Shown piece after piece: positions 1 through 15,000 of a stretch of 64,000 nucleotides of DNA (position 1 is the first letter of the stretch; the number at the start of each line of letters is the position of its first letter). Both the position numbers and the translations under genes were made by a program. The stretch covers positions 1,798,001-1,862,000 of the forward strand of contig JASTWF010000035.1 of assembly GCA_030390025.1 (NCBI GenBank), given 5' to 3'. The stretch comes from Squalus acanthias (Eukaryota). Under the pieces are notes generated by a model. The model saw nothing but the letters and a program-made list of their open reading frames with translations, was not told the origin of the DNA and did not search any database.

Positions 1-3000
1 CATTGACTCGGGGAGTGAGACTGTCCAGTGTGTAATCCATTGACTCAGGGGGAGTGAGACTGTCCAGTGTGTAATCCATTGACTCAGGGGGAGTGAGACT
101 GTCCAGTGTGTAATCCATTGACTCAGGGGGAGTGAGACTGTCCAGTGTGTAATCCATTGACTCAGGGGGAGTGAGACTGTCCAGTGTGTAATCCATTGAC
201 TCAGGGGGAGTGAGACTGTCCAGTGTGTAATCCATTGACTCAGGGGGAGTGAGACTGTCCAGTGTGTAATCCATTGACTCAGGGGGAGTGAGACTGTCCA
301 GTGTGTAATCCATTGACTCAGGGGGAGTGGGACTGTCCAGTGTGTAATCCATTGACTCAGGGGGAGTGGGACTGTCCAGTGTGTAATCCATTGACTCAGG
401 GGGAGTGGACTGTCCAGTGTGTAATCCATTGACTCAGGGGAGTGAGACTGTCCAGTGTGTAATCCATTGACTCAGGGGAGTGAGACTGTCCAGTGTGTAA
501 TCCATTGACTCAGGGGAGTGAGACTGTCCAGTGTGTAATCCATTGACTCAGGGGGAGTGAGACTGTCCAGTGTGTAATCCATTGACTCAGGGGGAGTGAG
601 ACTGTCCAGTGTGTAATCCATTGACTCAGGGGAGTGAGACTGTCCAGTGTGTAATCCATTGACTCAGGGGAGTGGGACTGTCCAGTGTGTAATCCATTGA
701 CTCAGGGGAGTGAGACTGTCCAGTGTGTAATCCATTGACTCAGGGGAGTGAGACTGTCCAGTGTGTAATCCATTGACTCAGGGGGAGTGAGACTGTCCAG
801 TGTGTAATCCATTGACTCAGGGGAGTGGGACTGTCCCAGTGTGTAATCCATTGACTCAGGGGGATTGAGACTGTCCAGTGTGTAATCCATTGACTCAGGG
901 GAGTGGGACTGTCCAGTGTGTAATCCATTGACTCAGGGGAGTGAGACTGTCCAGTGTGTAATCCATTGACTCAGGGGGAGTGGGACTGTCCAGTGTGTAA
1001 TCCATTGACTCAGGGGGAGTGAGACTGTCCAGTGTGTAATCCTTTGACTCAGGGGGAGTGAGACTGTCCGTGTGTAATCCATTGACTCAGGGGAGTGAGA
1101 CTGTCCAGTGTGTAATCCATTGACTCAGGGGGAGTGAGACTGTCCAGTGTGTAATCCATTGACTCAGGGGAGTGGAGACTGTCCAGTGTGTAATCCATTG
1201 ACTCAGGGGGAGTGAGACTGTCCAGTGTGTAATCCATTGACTCAGGGGGAGTGAGACTGTCCAGTGTGTAACTCCATTGACTCAGGGGGAGTGAGACTGT
1301 CCAGTGTGTAATCCATTGACTCAGGGAGTGAGACTGTCCAGATCGTGTAATCCATTGACTCGGGGATTGTGAGATGTCCAGTGTGAATCCATTGACTCCA
1401 GGGGGAGTGAGACTGTCCAGTGTGTAATCCAATGACTCAGGGGGAGTGCGGACTGTCCAGTGTGTAATCCCTTTGACTCGGGGATGTGAGACTGTCCAGT
1501 GTGTAATCCATTGACTCGGGGAGTGAGGACTGTCCAGTGTGTAATCCATTGACTCACGGGGAGTGAGACTGTCCAGTGTGTAATCCATTTGACTCAGGGG
1601 AGAGTGAGACTGTCCAGTGTGTAATCCATTGCTCAGGGGAGTGAGACTGTCCAGTGTGTCAATCCATTGACTCAGGGGGAGTGAGACTGTCCCAGTGTGA
1701 TAATCCATTGACTCAGGGGGAGTGAGACTGTCCAGTGTGTAATCCATTGACTCAGGGGGAGTGAGACTGTCCAGTGTGTAATCCATTGACTCAGGGGGAG
1801 TGGGACTGTCCAGTGTGTAATCCATTGACTCAGGGGAGTGAGACTGTCCAGTGTGTAATCCATTGACTCAGGGGAGTGAGGACTGTCCAGTGTGTAATCC
1901 ATTGACTCAGGGGGAGTGGGACTGTCCAGTGTGTAATCCATTGACTCAGGGGGAGTGAGACTGTCCAGTGTGTAATCCATTGACTCAGGGGGAGTGAGAC
2001 TGTCCAGTGTGTAATCCATTGACTCAGGGGGAGTGAGACTGTCCAGTGTGTAATCCATTGACTCAGGGGAGTGAGACTGTCCAGTGTGTAATCCATTGAC
2101 TCAGGGGGAGTGAGACTGTCCAGTGTGTAATCCATTGACTCAGGGGGAGTGGGACTGTCCAGTGTGTAATCCATTGACTCAGGGGAGTGAGACTGTCCAG
2201 TGTGTAATCCATTGACTCAGGGGGAGTGGGACTGTCCAGTGTGTAATCCATTGACTCAGGGGGAGTGGACTGTCCAGTGTGTAATCCATTGACTCAGGGG
2301 GAGTGAGACTGTCCAGTGTGTAATCCATTGACTCAGGGGGAGTGAGACTGTCCAGTGTGTAATCCATTGACTCAGGGGGAGTGAGACTGTCCAGTGTGTA
2401 ATCCATTGACTCAGGGGGAGTGAGACTGTCCAGTGTGTAATCCATTGACTCAGGGGGAGTGAGACTGTCCAGTGTGTAATCCATTGACTCAGGGGGAGTG
2501 AGACTGTCCAGTGTGTAATCCATTGACTCAGGGGGAGTGAGACTGTCCAGTGTGTAATCCATTGACTCAGGGGGAGTGAGACTGTCCAGTGTGTAATCCA
2601 TTGACTCAGGGGGAGTGAGACTGTCCAGTGTGTAATCCATTGACTCAGGGGGAGTGAGACTGTCCAGTGTGTAATCCATTGACTCAGGGGGAGTGAGACT
2701 GTCCAGTGTGTAATCCATTGACTCAGGGGGAGTGAGACTGTCCAGTGTGTAATCCATTGACTCAGGGGGAGTGAGACTGTCCAGTGTGTAATCCATTGAC
2801 TCAGGGGGAGTGAGACTGTCCAGTGTGTAATCCATTGACTCAGGGGGAGTGAGACTGTCCAGTGTGTAATCCATTGACTCAGGGGGAGTGAGACTGTCCA
2901 GTGTGTAATCCATTGACTCAGGGGGAGTGGGACTGTCCAGTGTGTAATCCATTGACTCAGGGGGAGTGAGACTGTCCAGTGTGTAATCCATTGACTCAGG

Positions 3001-6000
3001 GGAGTGAGACTGTCCAGTGTGTAATCCATTGACTCAGGGGGAGTGAGACTGTCCAGTGTGTAATCCATTGACTCAGGGGGAGTGAGACTGTCCAGTGTGT
3101 AATCCATTGACTCAGGGGGAGTGAGACTGTCCAGTGTGTAATCCATTGACTCAGGGGAGTGAGACTGTCCAGTGTGTAATCCATTGACTCAGGGGAGTGA
3201 GACTGTCCAGTGTGTAATCCATTGACTCAGGGGGAGTGAGACTGTCCAGTGTGTAATCCATTGACTCAGGGGGAGTGAGACTGTCCAGTGTGTAATCCAT
3301 TGACTCAGGGGAGTGAGACTGTCCAGTGTGTAATCCATTGACTCAGGGGGAGTGAGACTGTCCAGTGTGTAATCCATTGACTCAGGGGGAGTGAGACTGT
3401 CCAGTGTGTAATCCATTGACTCAGGGGGAGTGAGACTGTCCAGTGTGTAATCCATTGACTCAGGGGGAGTGAGACTGTCCAGTGTGTAATCCATTGACTC
3501 AGGGGGAGTGAGACTGTCCAGTGTGTAATCCATTGACTCAGGGGGAGTGAGACTGTCCAGTGTGTAATCCATTGACTCAGGGGGAGTGAGACTGTCCAGT
3601 GTGTAATCCATTGACTCAGGGGAGTGAGACTGTCCAGTGTGTAATCCATTGACTCAGGGGGAGTGAGACTGTCCAGTGTGTAATCCATTGACTCAGGGGA
3701 GTGAGACTGTCCAGTGTGTAATCCATTGACTCAGGGGGAGTGAGACTGTCCAGTGTGTAATCCATTGACTCAGGGGGAGTGAGACTGTCCAGTGTGTAAT
3801 CCATTGACTCAGGGGGAGTGAGACTGTCCAGTGTGTAATCCATTGACTCAGGGGAGTGAGACTGTCCAGTGTGTAATCCATTGACTCAGGGGGAGTGAGA
3901 CTGTCCAGTGTGTAATCCATTGACTCAGGGGGAGTGAGACTGTCCAGTGTGTAATCCATTGACTCAGGGGGAGTGAGACTGTCCAGTGTGTAATCCATTG
4001 ACTCAGGGGAGTGAGACTGTCCAGTGTGTAATCCATTGACTCAGGGGGAGTGAGACTGTCCAGTGTGTAATCCATTGACTCAGGGGAGTGAGACTGTCCA
4101 GTGTGTAATCCATTGACTCAGGGGGAGTGAGACTGTCCAGTGTGTAATCCATTGACTCAGGGGGAGTGAGACTGTCCAGTGTGTAATCCATTGACTCAGG
4201 GGGAGTGAGACTGTCCAGTGTGTAATCCATTGACTCAGGGGGAGTGAGACTGTCCAGTGTGTAATCCATTGACTCAGGGGGAGTGAGACTGTCCAGTGTG
4301 TAATCCATTGACTCAGGGGAAGTGAGACTGTCCAGTGTGTAATCCATTGACTCAGGGGGACGTGAGACTGTCCAGTGTGTAATCATTGACTCAGGGACTG
4401 AGACTGTCCAGTGTGTAATCCATTGACTCAGGGGGAGGTGAGACTGTCCAGTGTGTAATCCATTGACTCAGGGGGAGTGAGACTGTCCAGTGTGTAATCC
4501 ATTGACTCAGGGGGTGAGACTGTCAGTGTGTAATCCATTGACTCAGGGGGAGTGAGACTGTCAAGTGTGTAATCCATTGACTCAGGGGGAGTGGGACTGT
4601 CCAGTGTGTATCCATTGACAGGGGAGTGAGACTGTCCAGTGTGTAATCCATTGACTCAGGGGGAGTGAGACTGTTCCAGTGTGTAATCCATTGACTCAGG
4701 GGGAGTGGGACTCGTCCAGTGTGTAATCCATTGACTCAGGGGGAGTGAGACTGTCCAGTGTGTAATCAATTGACTAAGGGGGAGTGAGACTGTCCAGTGT
4801 GTAATCCATTGACTCAGGGGGAGTGAGACTGTCCAGTGTGTAATCCATTGACTCAGGGGGAGTGAGACTGTCCAGTGTGTAATCCATTGACTCAGGGGAG
4901 TGAGACTGTCCAGTGTGTAATCCATTGACTCAGGGGGAGTGAGACTGTCCAGTGTGTAATCCATTGACTCAGGGGGAGTGAGACTGTCCAGTGTGTAATC
5001 CATTGACTCAGGGGGAGTGAGACTGTCCAGTGTGTAATCCATTGACTCAGGGGAGTGAGACTGTCCAGTGTGTAATCCATTGACTCAGGGGGAGTGAGAC
5101 TGTCCAGTGTGTAATCCATTGACTCAGGGGGAGTGAGACTGTCCAGTGTGTAATCCATTGACTCAGGGGGAGTGAGACTGTCCAGTGTGTAATCCATTGA
5201 CTCAGGGGAGTGAGACTGTCCAGTGTGTAATCCATTGACTCAGGGGGAGTGAGACTGTCCAGTGTGTAATCCATTGACTCAGGGGGAGTGAGCTGTTCCA
5301 GTGTGTAATCCATTGACTCAGGGGAGTGAGACTGTCCAGTGTGTAATCCATTGGACTCAGGGGGACTGAGTCTGTCCAGTGTGTAATCCATTGACTCAGG
5401 GGAGTGGACTGTCCAGTGTGTAATCCATTGACTCAGGGGGAGTGAGACTGTCCAGTGTGTTAATCATTGACTCAGGGGGAGTGGGACTGTCCAGTGTGTA
5501 ATCCATTGACTCAGGGGGAGTGGACTGTCCAGTGTGTAATCCATTGACTCAGGGGGGAGTGAGACTGTACCAGTGTGTAATCCATTGATCAGGGGGAGTG
5601 AGACTGTCCAGTGTGTAATCCATTGACTCAGGGGGAGTGAGACTGTCCTGTGTGTAATCCATTGACTCAGGGACTGAGACTGTCCAGTGTGTAATCCATT
5701 GACTCAGGGGAGTGAGGACTGTCCAGTGTGTAATCCATTGACTCAGGGAGTGAAGGGACTGTCAGTGTGTAATCCATTGGACTCAGGGGGAGTGAGACTG
5801 TCCAGTGTGTAATCCATTGACTCAGGGGAGTGAGACTGTCCAGTGTGTAATCCATTGACTCAGGGGGAGTGAGACTGTCCAGTGTGTAATCCATTGACTC
5901 AGGGGGAGTGAGACTGTCCAGTGTGTAATCCATTGACTCAGGGGAGTGAGACTGTCCAGTGTGTAATCCATTGACTCAGGGGAGTGAGACTGTCCAGTGT

Positions 6001-9000
6001 GTAATCCATTGACTCAGGGGGAGTGAGACTGTCCAGTGTGTAATCCATTGACTCAGGGGGAGTGAGACTGTCCAGTGTGTAATCCATTGACTCAGGGGGA
6101 GTGAGACTGTCCAGTGTGTAATCCATTGACTCAGGGGGAGTGAGACTGTCCAGTGTGTAATCCATTGACTCAGGGGGAGTGAGACTGTCCAGTGTGTAAT
6201 CCATTGACTCGGGGAGTGAGACTGTCCAGTGTGTAATCCATTGACTCAGGGGGAGTGAGACTGTCCAGTGTGTAATCCATTGACTCAGGGGGACTGAGAC
6301 TGTCCAGTGTGTAATCCATTGACTCAGGGGGAGTGAGACTGTCCAGTGTGTAATCCATTGACTCAGGGGGAGTGAGACTGTCAGTGCTGTAATCCATTGA
6401 CTCAGGGGGAGTGGGACTGTCCAGTGTGTAATCCATTGACTCAGGGGGAGTGAGACTGACCTGTGTGTAATCCATTGACTCAGGGGGAGTGAGACTGTCC
6501 AGTGTGTAATCCATTGACTCAGGGGGAGTGAGGACTGTCCAGTGTGTAATCCATTGATCAGGGGGAGTGAGACTGTCCAGTGTGTAATCCATTGACTCAG
6601 GGGGAGTGGGACTGTCCAGTGTGTAATCCATTGACTCAGGGGGAGTGAGGACTGTCCAGTGTGTAATCCATTGAATCAGGGGGAGTGAGACTGTCCAGTG
6701 TGTAATCCATTGACTCAGGGGGAGTGGGACTGTCCAGTGTGTAAATCCATTGACTCAGGGGGAGTGAGACTGTCCAGTGTGTAATCCATTGACTCAGGGG
6801 GGAGTGAGGGACTGTCCAGTGTGTAATCCATTGACTCAGGGGGAGTGAGACTGTCCAGTGTGTATCATGACTCAGGGGGAGTGGGACTGTCCAGTGTGTA
6901 ATCCATTGACTCAGGGGGAGTGAGACTGTCCAGTGTGTAATCCATTGACTCAGGGGGAGTGAGACTGTCCAGTGTGTAATCCATTGACTCAGGGGGAGTG
7001 AGACTGTCCAGTGTGTAATCCATTGACTCAGGGGAGTGAGACTGTCCAGTGTGTAATCCATTGACTCAGGGGGAGTGAGACTGTCCAGTGTGTAATCCAT
7101 TGACTCAGGGGGAGTGAGACTGTCCAGTGTGTAATCCATTGACTCAGGGGGAGTGAGACTGTCCAGTGTGTAATCCATTGACTCAGGGGGAGTGAGACTG
7201 TCCAGTGTGTAATCCATTGACTCAGGGGGAGTGAGACTGTCCAGTGTGTAATCCATTGACTCAGGGGGAGTGAGACTGTCCAGTGTGTAATCCATTGACT
7301 CAGGGGGAGTGAGACTGTCCAGTGTGTAATCCATTGACTCAGGGGGAGTGAGACTGTCCAGTGTGTAATCCATTGACTCAGGGGGAGTGAGACTGTCCAG
7401 TGTGTAATCCATTGACTCAGGGGGAGTGAGACTGTCCAGTGTGTAATCCATTGACTCAGGGGAGTGAGACTGTCCAGTGTGTAATCCATTGACTCAGGGG
7501 GAGTGAGACTGTCCAGTGTGTAATCCATTGACTCAGGGGAGTGAGACTGTCCAGTGTGTAATCCATTGACTCAGGGGGAGTGAGACTGTCCAGTGTGTAA
7601 TCCATTGACTCAGGGGGAGTGAGACTGTCCAGTGTGTAATCCATTGACTCAGGGGGAGTGAGACTGTCCAGTGTGTAATCCATTGACTCAGGGGGAGTGA
7701 GACTGTCCAGTGTGTAATCCATTGACTCAGGGGAGTGAGACTGTCCAGTGTGTAATCCATTGACTCAGGGGAGTGAGACTGTCCAGTGTGTAATCCATTG
7801 ACTCAGGGGGAGTGAGACTGTCCAGTGTGTAATCCATTGACTCAGGGGGAGTGAGACTGTCCAGTGTGTAATCCATTGACTCAGGGGAGTGAGACTGTCC
7901 AGTGTGTAATCCATTGACTCAGGGGGAGTGAGACTGTCCAGTGTGTAATCCATTGACTCAGGGGGAGTGAGACTGTCCAGTGTGTAATCCATTGACTCAG
8001 GGGGAGTGAGACTGTCCAGTGTGTAATCCATTGACTCAGGGGGAGTGAGACTGTCCAGTGTGTAATCCATTGACTCAGGGGAGTGAGACTGTCCAGTGTG
8101 TAATCCATTGACTCAGGGGAGTGAGACTGTCCAGTGTGTAATCCATTGACTCAGGGGGAGTGAGACTGTCCAGTGTGTAATCCATTGACTCAGGGGAGTG
8201 AGACTGTCCAGTGTGTAATCCATTGACTCAGGGGGAGTGAGACTGTCCAGTGTGTAATCCATTGACTCAGGGGAGTGAGACTGTCCAGTGTGTAATCCAT
8301 TGACTCAGGGGAGTGAGACTGTCCAGTGTGTAATCCATTGACTCAGGGGGAGTGAGACTGTCCAGTGTGTAATCCATTGACTCAGGGGGAGTGAGACTGT
8401 CCAGTGTGTAATCCATTGACTCAGGGGAGTGAGACTGTCCAGTGTGTAATCCATTGACTCAGGGGGAGTGAGACTGTCCAGTGTGTAATCCATTGACTCA
8501 GGGGGAGTGAGACTGTCCAGTGTGTAATCCATTGACTCAGGGGGAGTGAGACTGTCCAGTGTGTAATCCATTGACTCAGGGGGAGTGAGACTGTCCAGTG
8601 TGTAATCCATTGACTCAGGGGGAGTGAGACTGTCCAGTGTGTAATCCATTGACTCAGGGGAGTGAGACTGTCCAGTGTGTAATCCATTGACTCAGGGGAG
8701 TGAGACTGTCCAGTGTGTAATCCATTGACTCAGGGGGAGTGAGACTGTCCAGTGTGTAATCCATTGACTCAGGGGGAGTGGGACTGTCCAGTGTGTAATC
8801 CATTGACTCGGGGAGTGAGACTGTCCAGTGTGTAATCCATTGACTCAGGGGGAGTGAGACTGTCCAGTGTGTAATCCATTGACTCAGGGGGAGTGAGACT
8901 GTCCAGTGTGTAATCCATTGACTCAGGGGAGTGAGACTGTCCAGTGTGTAATCCATTGACTCAGGGGGAGTGAGACTGTCCAGTGTGTAATCCATTGACT

Positions 9001-12000
9001 CAGGGGGAGTGAGACTGTCCAGTGTGTAATCCATTGACTCAGGGGAGTGAGACTGTCCAGTGTGTAATCCATTGACTCAGGGGGAGTGAGACTGTCCAGT
9101 GTGTAATCCATTGACTCAGGGGGAGTGAGACTGTCCAGTGTGTAATCCATTGACTCAGGGGAGTGAGACTGTCCAGTGTGTAATCCATTGACTCAGGGGG
9201 AGTGAGACTGTCCAGTGTGTAATCCATTGACTCAGGGGGAGTGAGACTGTCCAGTGTGTAATCCATTGACTCAGGGGGAGTGAGACTGTCCAGTGTGTAA
9301 TCCATTGACTCAGGGGAGTGAGACTGTCCAGTGTGTAATCCATTGACTCAGGGGAGTGAGACTGTCCAGTGTGTAATCCATTGACTCAGGGGAGTGAGAC
9401 TGTCCAGTGTGTAATCCATTGACTCAGGGGGAGTGGGACTGTCCAGTGTGTAATCCATTGACTCAGGGGGAGTGAGACTGTCCAGTGTGTAATCCATTGA
9501 CTCAGGGGGAGTGAGACTGTCCAGTGTGTAATCCATTGACTCAGGGGGAGTGAGACTGTCCAGTGTGTAATCCATTGACTCAGGGGGAGTGAGACTGTCC
9601 AGTGTGTAATCCATTGACTCAGGGGGAGTGAGACTGTCCAGTGTGTAATCCATTGACTCAGGGGGAGTGAGACTGTCCAGTGTGTAATCCATTGACTCAG
9701 GGGAGTGAGACTGTCCAGTGTGTAATCCATTGACTCAGGGGGAGTGAGACTGTCCAGTGTGTAATCCATTGACTCAGGGGGAGTGAGACTGTCCAGTGTG
9801 TAATCCATTGACTCAGGGGGAGTGAGACTGTCCAGTGTGTAATCCATTGACTCAGGGGGAGTGAGACTGTCCAGTGTGTAATCCATTGACTCAGGGGAGT
9901 GAGACTGTCCAGTGTGTAATCCATTGACTCAGGGGGAGTGAGACTGTCCAGTGTGTAATCCATTGACTCAGGGGGAGTGAGACTGTCCAGTGTGTAATCC
10001 ATTGACTCAGGGGGAGTGAGACTGTCCAGTGTGTAATCCATTGACTCAGGGGAGTGAGACTGTCCAGTGTGTAATCCATTGACTCAGGGGGAGTGAGACT
10101 GTCCAGTGTGTAATCCATTGACTCAGGGGGAGTGAGACTGTCCAGTGTGTAATCCATTGACTCAGGGGGAGTGAGACTGTCCAGTGTGTAATCCATTGAC
10201 TCAGGGGAGTGAGACTGTCCAGTGTGTAATCCATTGACTCAGGGGAGTGAGACTGTCCAGTGTGTAATCCATTGACTCAGGGGGAGTGAGACTGTCCAGT
10301 GTGTAATCCATTGACTCAGGGGAGTGAGACTGTCCAGTGTGTAATCCATTGACTCAGGGGGAGTGAGACTGTCCAGTGTGTAATCCATTGACTCAGGGGG
10401 AGTGAGACTGTCCAGTGTGTAATCCATTGACTCAGGGGGAGTGAGACTGTCCAGTGTGTAATCCATTGACTCAGGGGGAGTGAGACTGTCCAGTGTGTAA
10501 TCCATTGACTCAGGGGGAGTGAGACTGTCCAGTGTGTAATCCATTGACTCAGGGGGAGTGAGACTGTCCAGTGTGTAATCCATTGACTCAGGGGGAGTGA
10601 GACTGTCCAGTGTGTAATCCATTGACTCAGGGGAGTGAGACTGTCCAGTGTGTAATCCATTGACTCAGGGGGAGTGAGACTGTCCAGTGTGTAATCCATT
10701 GACTCAGGGGGAGTGAGACTGTCCAGTGTGTAATCCATTGACTCAGGGGGAGTGAGACTGTCCAGTGTGTAATCCATTGACTCAGGGGGAGTGAGACTGT
10801 CCAGTGTGTAATCCATTGACTCAGGGGAGTGAGACTGTCCAGTGTGTAATCCATTGACTCAGGGGAGTGAGACTGTCCAGTGTGTAATCCATTGACTCAG
10901 GGGAGTGAGACTGTCCAGTGTGTAATCCATTGACTCAGGGGGAGTGAGACTGTCCAGTGTGTAATCCATTGACTCAGGGGGAGTGAGACTGTCCAGTGTG
11001 TAATCCATTGACTCAGGGGGAGTGAGACTGTCCAGTGTGTAATCCATTGACTCAGGGGGAGTGAGACTGTCCAGTGTGTAATCCATTGACTCAGGGGGAG
11101 TGAGACTGTCCAGTGTGTAATCCATTGACTCAGGGGGAGTGAGACTGTCCAGTGTGTAATCCATTGACTCAGGGGGAGTGAGACTGTCCAGTGTGTAATC
11201 CATTGACTCAGGGGAGTGAGACTGTCCAGTGTGTAATCCATTGACTCAGGGGGAGTGGGACTGTCCAGTGTGTAATCCATTGACTCAGGGAGTGAGACTG
11301 TCCAGTGTGTAATCCATTGACTCAGGGGAGTGAGACTGTCCAGTGTGTAATCCATTGACTCAGGGGGAGTGAGACTGTCCAGTGTGTAATCCATTGACTC
11401 AGGGGGAGTGAGACTGTCCAGTGTGTAATCCATTGACTCAGGGGGAGTGAGACTGTCCAGTGTGTAATCCATTGACTCAGGGGAGTGAGACTGTCCAGTG
11501 TGTAATCCATTGACTCAGGGGAGTGGACTGTCCAGTGTGTAATCCATTGACTCAGGGGAGTGAGACTGTCCAGTGTGTAATCCATTGACTCAGGGGGAGT
11601 GAGACTGTCCAGTGTGTAATCCATTGACTCAGGGGAGTGAGACTGTCCAGTGTGTAATCCATTGACTCAGGGGGAGTGGGACTGTCCAGTGTGTAATCCA
11701 TTGACTCAGGGGGAGTGAGACTGTCCAGTGTGTAATCCATTGACTCAGGGGAGTGAGACTGTCCAGTGTGTAATCCATTGACTCAGGGGAGTGAGACTGT
11801 CCAGTGTGTAATCCATTGACTCAGGGGGAGTGAGACTGTCCAGTGTGTAATCCATTGACTCAGGGGAGTGAGACTGTCCAGTGTGTAATCCATTGACTCA
11901 GGGGAGTGAGACTGTCCAGTGTGTAATCCATTGACTCAGGGGGAGTGAGACTGTCCAGTGTGTAATCCATTGACTCAGGGGGAGTGAGACTGTCCAGTGT

Positions 12001-15000
12001 GTAATCCATTGACTCAGGGGGAGTGAGACTGTCCAGTGTGTAATCCATTGACTCAGGGGGAGTGAGACTGTCCAGTGTGTAATCCATTGACTCAGGGGGA
12101 GTGAGACTGTCCAGTGTGTAATCCATTGACTCAGGGGGAGTGAGACTGTCCAGTGTGTAATCCATTGACTCAGGGGGAGTGAGACTGTCCAGTGTGTAAT
12201 CCATTGACTCAGGGGGAGTGAGACTGTCCAGTGTGTAATCCATTGACTCAGGGGGAGTGAGACTGTCCAGTGTGTAATCCATTGACTCAGGGGGAGTGAG
12301 ACTGTCCAGTGTGTAATCCATTGACTCAGGGGGAGTGAGACTGTCCAGTGTGTAATCCATTGACTCAGGGGAGTGAGACTGTCCAGTGTGTAATCCATTG
12401 ACTCAGGGGGAGTGAGACTGTCCAGTGTGTAATCCATTGACTCAGGGGGAGTGAGACTGTCCAGTGTGTAATCCATTGACTCAGGGGGAGTGGGACTGTC
12501 CAGTGTGTAATCCATTGACTCAGGGGGAGTTAGACTGTCCAGTGTGTAATCCATTGACTCAGGGGGAGTGAGACTGTCCAGTGTGTAATCCATTGACTCA
12601 GGGGGAGTGAGACTGTCAGTGTGTAATCCATTGACTCAGGGGGAGTGAGACTGTCCAGTGTGTAATCCATTGACTCAGGGGGACTGAGACTGTCCAGTGT
12701 GTAATCCATTGACTCAGGGGGAGTGAGACTGTCCAGTGTGTAATCCATTGACTCAGGGGGAGTGGACTGTCCAGTGTGTAATCCATTGACTCAGGGGGAG
12801 TGGGACTGTCCAGTGTGTAATCCATTGACTCAGGGGGAGTGAGACTGTCCAGTGTGTAATCCATTGACTCAGGGGAGTGAGACTGTCCAGTGTGTAATCC
12901 ATTGACTCAGGGGGAGTGAGACTGTCCAGTGTGTAATCCATTGACTCAGGGGAGTGAGACTGTCCAGTGTGTAATCCATTGACTCAGGGGGAGTGGGACT
13001 GTCCAGTGTGTAATCCATTGACTCAGGGGGAGTGAGACTGTCCAGTGTGTAATCCATTGACTCAGGGGGAGTGGGACTGTCCAGTGTGTAATCCATTGAC
13101 TCAGGGGAGTGGGACTGTCCAGTGTGTAATCCATTGACTCAGGGGGAGTGAGACTGTCCAGTGTGTAATCCATTGACTCAGGGGGACTGAGACTGTCCAG
13201 TGTGTAATCCATTGACTCAGGGGGAGTGAGACTGTCCAGTGTGTAATCCATTGACTCAGGGGGAGTGAGACTGTCCAGTGTGTAATCCATTGACTCAGGG
13301 GGAGTGAGACTGTCCAGTGTGTAATCCATTGACTCAGGGGAGTGAGACTGTCCAGTGTGTAATCCATTGACTCAGGGGGAGTGAGACTGTCCAGTGTGTA
13401 ATCCATTGACTCAGGGGGAGTGAGACTGTCCAGTGTGTAATCCATTGACTCAGGGGGAGCTGAGACTGTCCAGTGTGTAATCCATTGACTCAGGGGGAGT
13501 GAGACTGTCCAGTGTGTAATCCATTGACTCAGGGGAGTGAGACTGTCCAGTGTGTAATCCATTGACTCAGGGGGAGTGGACTGTCCAGTGTGTAATCCAT
13601 TGACTCAGGGGGAGTGGGACTGTCCAGTGTGTAATCCATTGACTCAGGGGGAGTGAGACTGTCCAGTGTGTAATCCATTGACTCAGGGGGAGTGAGACTG
13701 TCCAGTGTGTAATCCATTGACTCAGGGGGAGTGAGACTGTCCAGTGTGTAATCCATTGACTCAGGGGGAGTGGGACTGTCCAGTGTGTAATCCATTGACT
13801 CAGGGGGAGTGAGACTGTCCAGTGTGTAATCCATTGACTGAGGGGAGTGAGACTGTCCAGTGTGTAATCCATTGACTCAGGGGGAGTGAGACTGTCCAGT
13901 GTGTAATCCATTGACTCAGGGGGAGTGGGACTGTCCAGTGTGTAATCCATTGACTCAGGGGGAGTGAGACTGTCCAGTGTGTAATCCATTGACTCAGGGG
14001 AGTGGAGACTGTCCAGTGTGTAATCCATTGACTCAGGGGAGTGAGACTGTCCAGTGTGTAATCCATTGACTCAGGGGGAGTGAGACTGTCCAGTGTGTAA
14101 TCCATTGACTCAGGGGAGTGAGACTGTCCAGTGTGTAATCCATTGACTCAGGGGGAGTGAGACTGTCCAGTGTGTAATCCATTGACTCAGGGGGAGTGAG
14201 ACTGTCCAGTGTGTAATCCATTGACTCAGGGGGAGTGAGACTGTCCAGTGTGTAATCCATTGACTCAGGGGGAGTGAGACTGTCCAGTGTGTAATCCATT
14301 GACTCAGGGGGAGTGGGACTGTCCAGTGTGTAATCCATTGACTCAGGGGGAGTGAGACTGTCCAGTGTGTAATCCATTGACTCAGGGGAGTGAGACTGTC
14401 CAGTGTGTAATCCATTGACTCAGGGGGAGTGAGACTGTCCAGTGTGTAATCCATTGACTCAGGGGGAGTGAGACTGTCCAGTGTGTAATCCATTGACTCA
14501 GGGGGAGTGAGACTGTCCAGTGTGTAATCCATTGACTCAGGGGAGTGAGACTGTCCAGTGTGTAATCCATTGACTCAGGGGGAGTGGACTGTCCAGTGTG
14601 TAATCCATTGACTCAGGGAGTGAGACTGTCCAGTGTGTAATCCATTGACTCAGGGGAGTGAGACTGTCCAGTGTGTAATCCATTGACTGAGGGGAGTGAG
14701 ACTGTCCAGTGTGTAATCCATTGACTCGGTGAGTGGGACTGTCCAGTGTGTAATCCATTGACTCAGGGAGGAGTCTGTCCAGTGTGTAATCCATTGACTC
14801 GGGAGTGAGACTGTCCAGTGTGTAATCCATTGACTCAGGGGGGTGAGACTGTCCAGTGTGTAATCCATTGACTCAGGGGGAGTGAGACTGTCCAGTGTGT
14901 AATCCATTGACTCAGGGGAGTGAGACTGTCCAGTGTGTAATCCATTGACTCAGGGGGAGTGAGACTGTCCAGTGTGTAATCCATTGACTCAGGGGGAGTG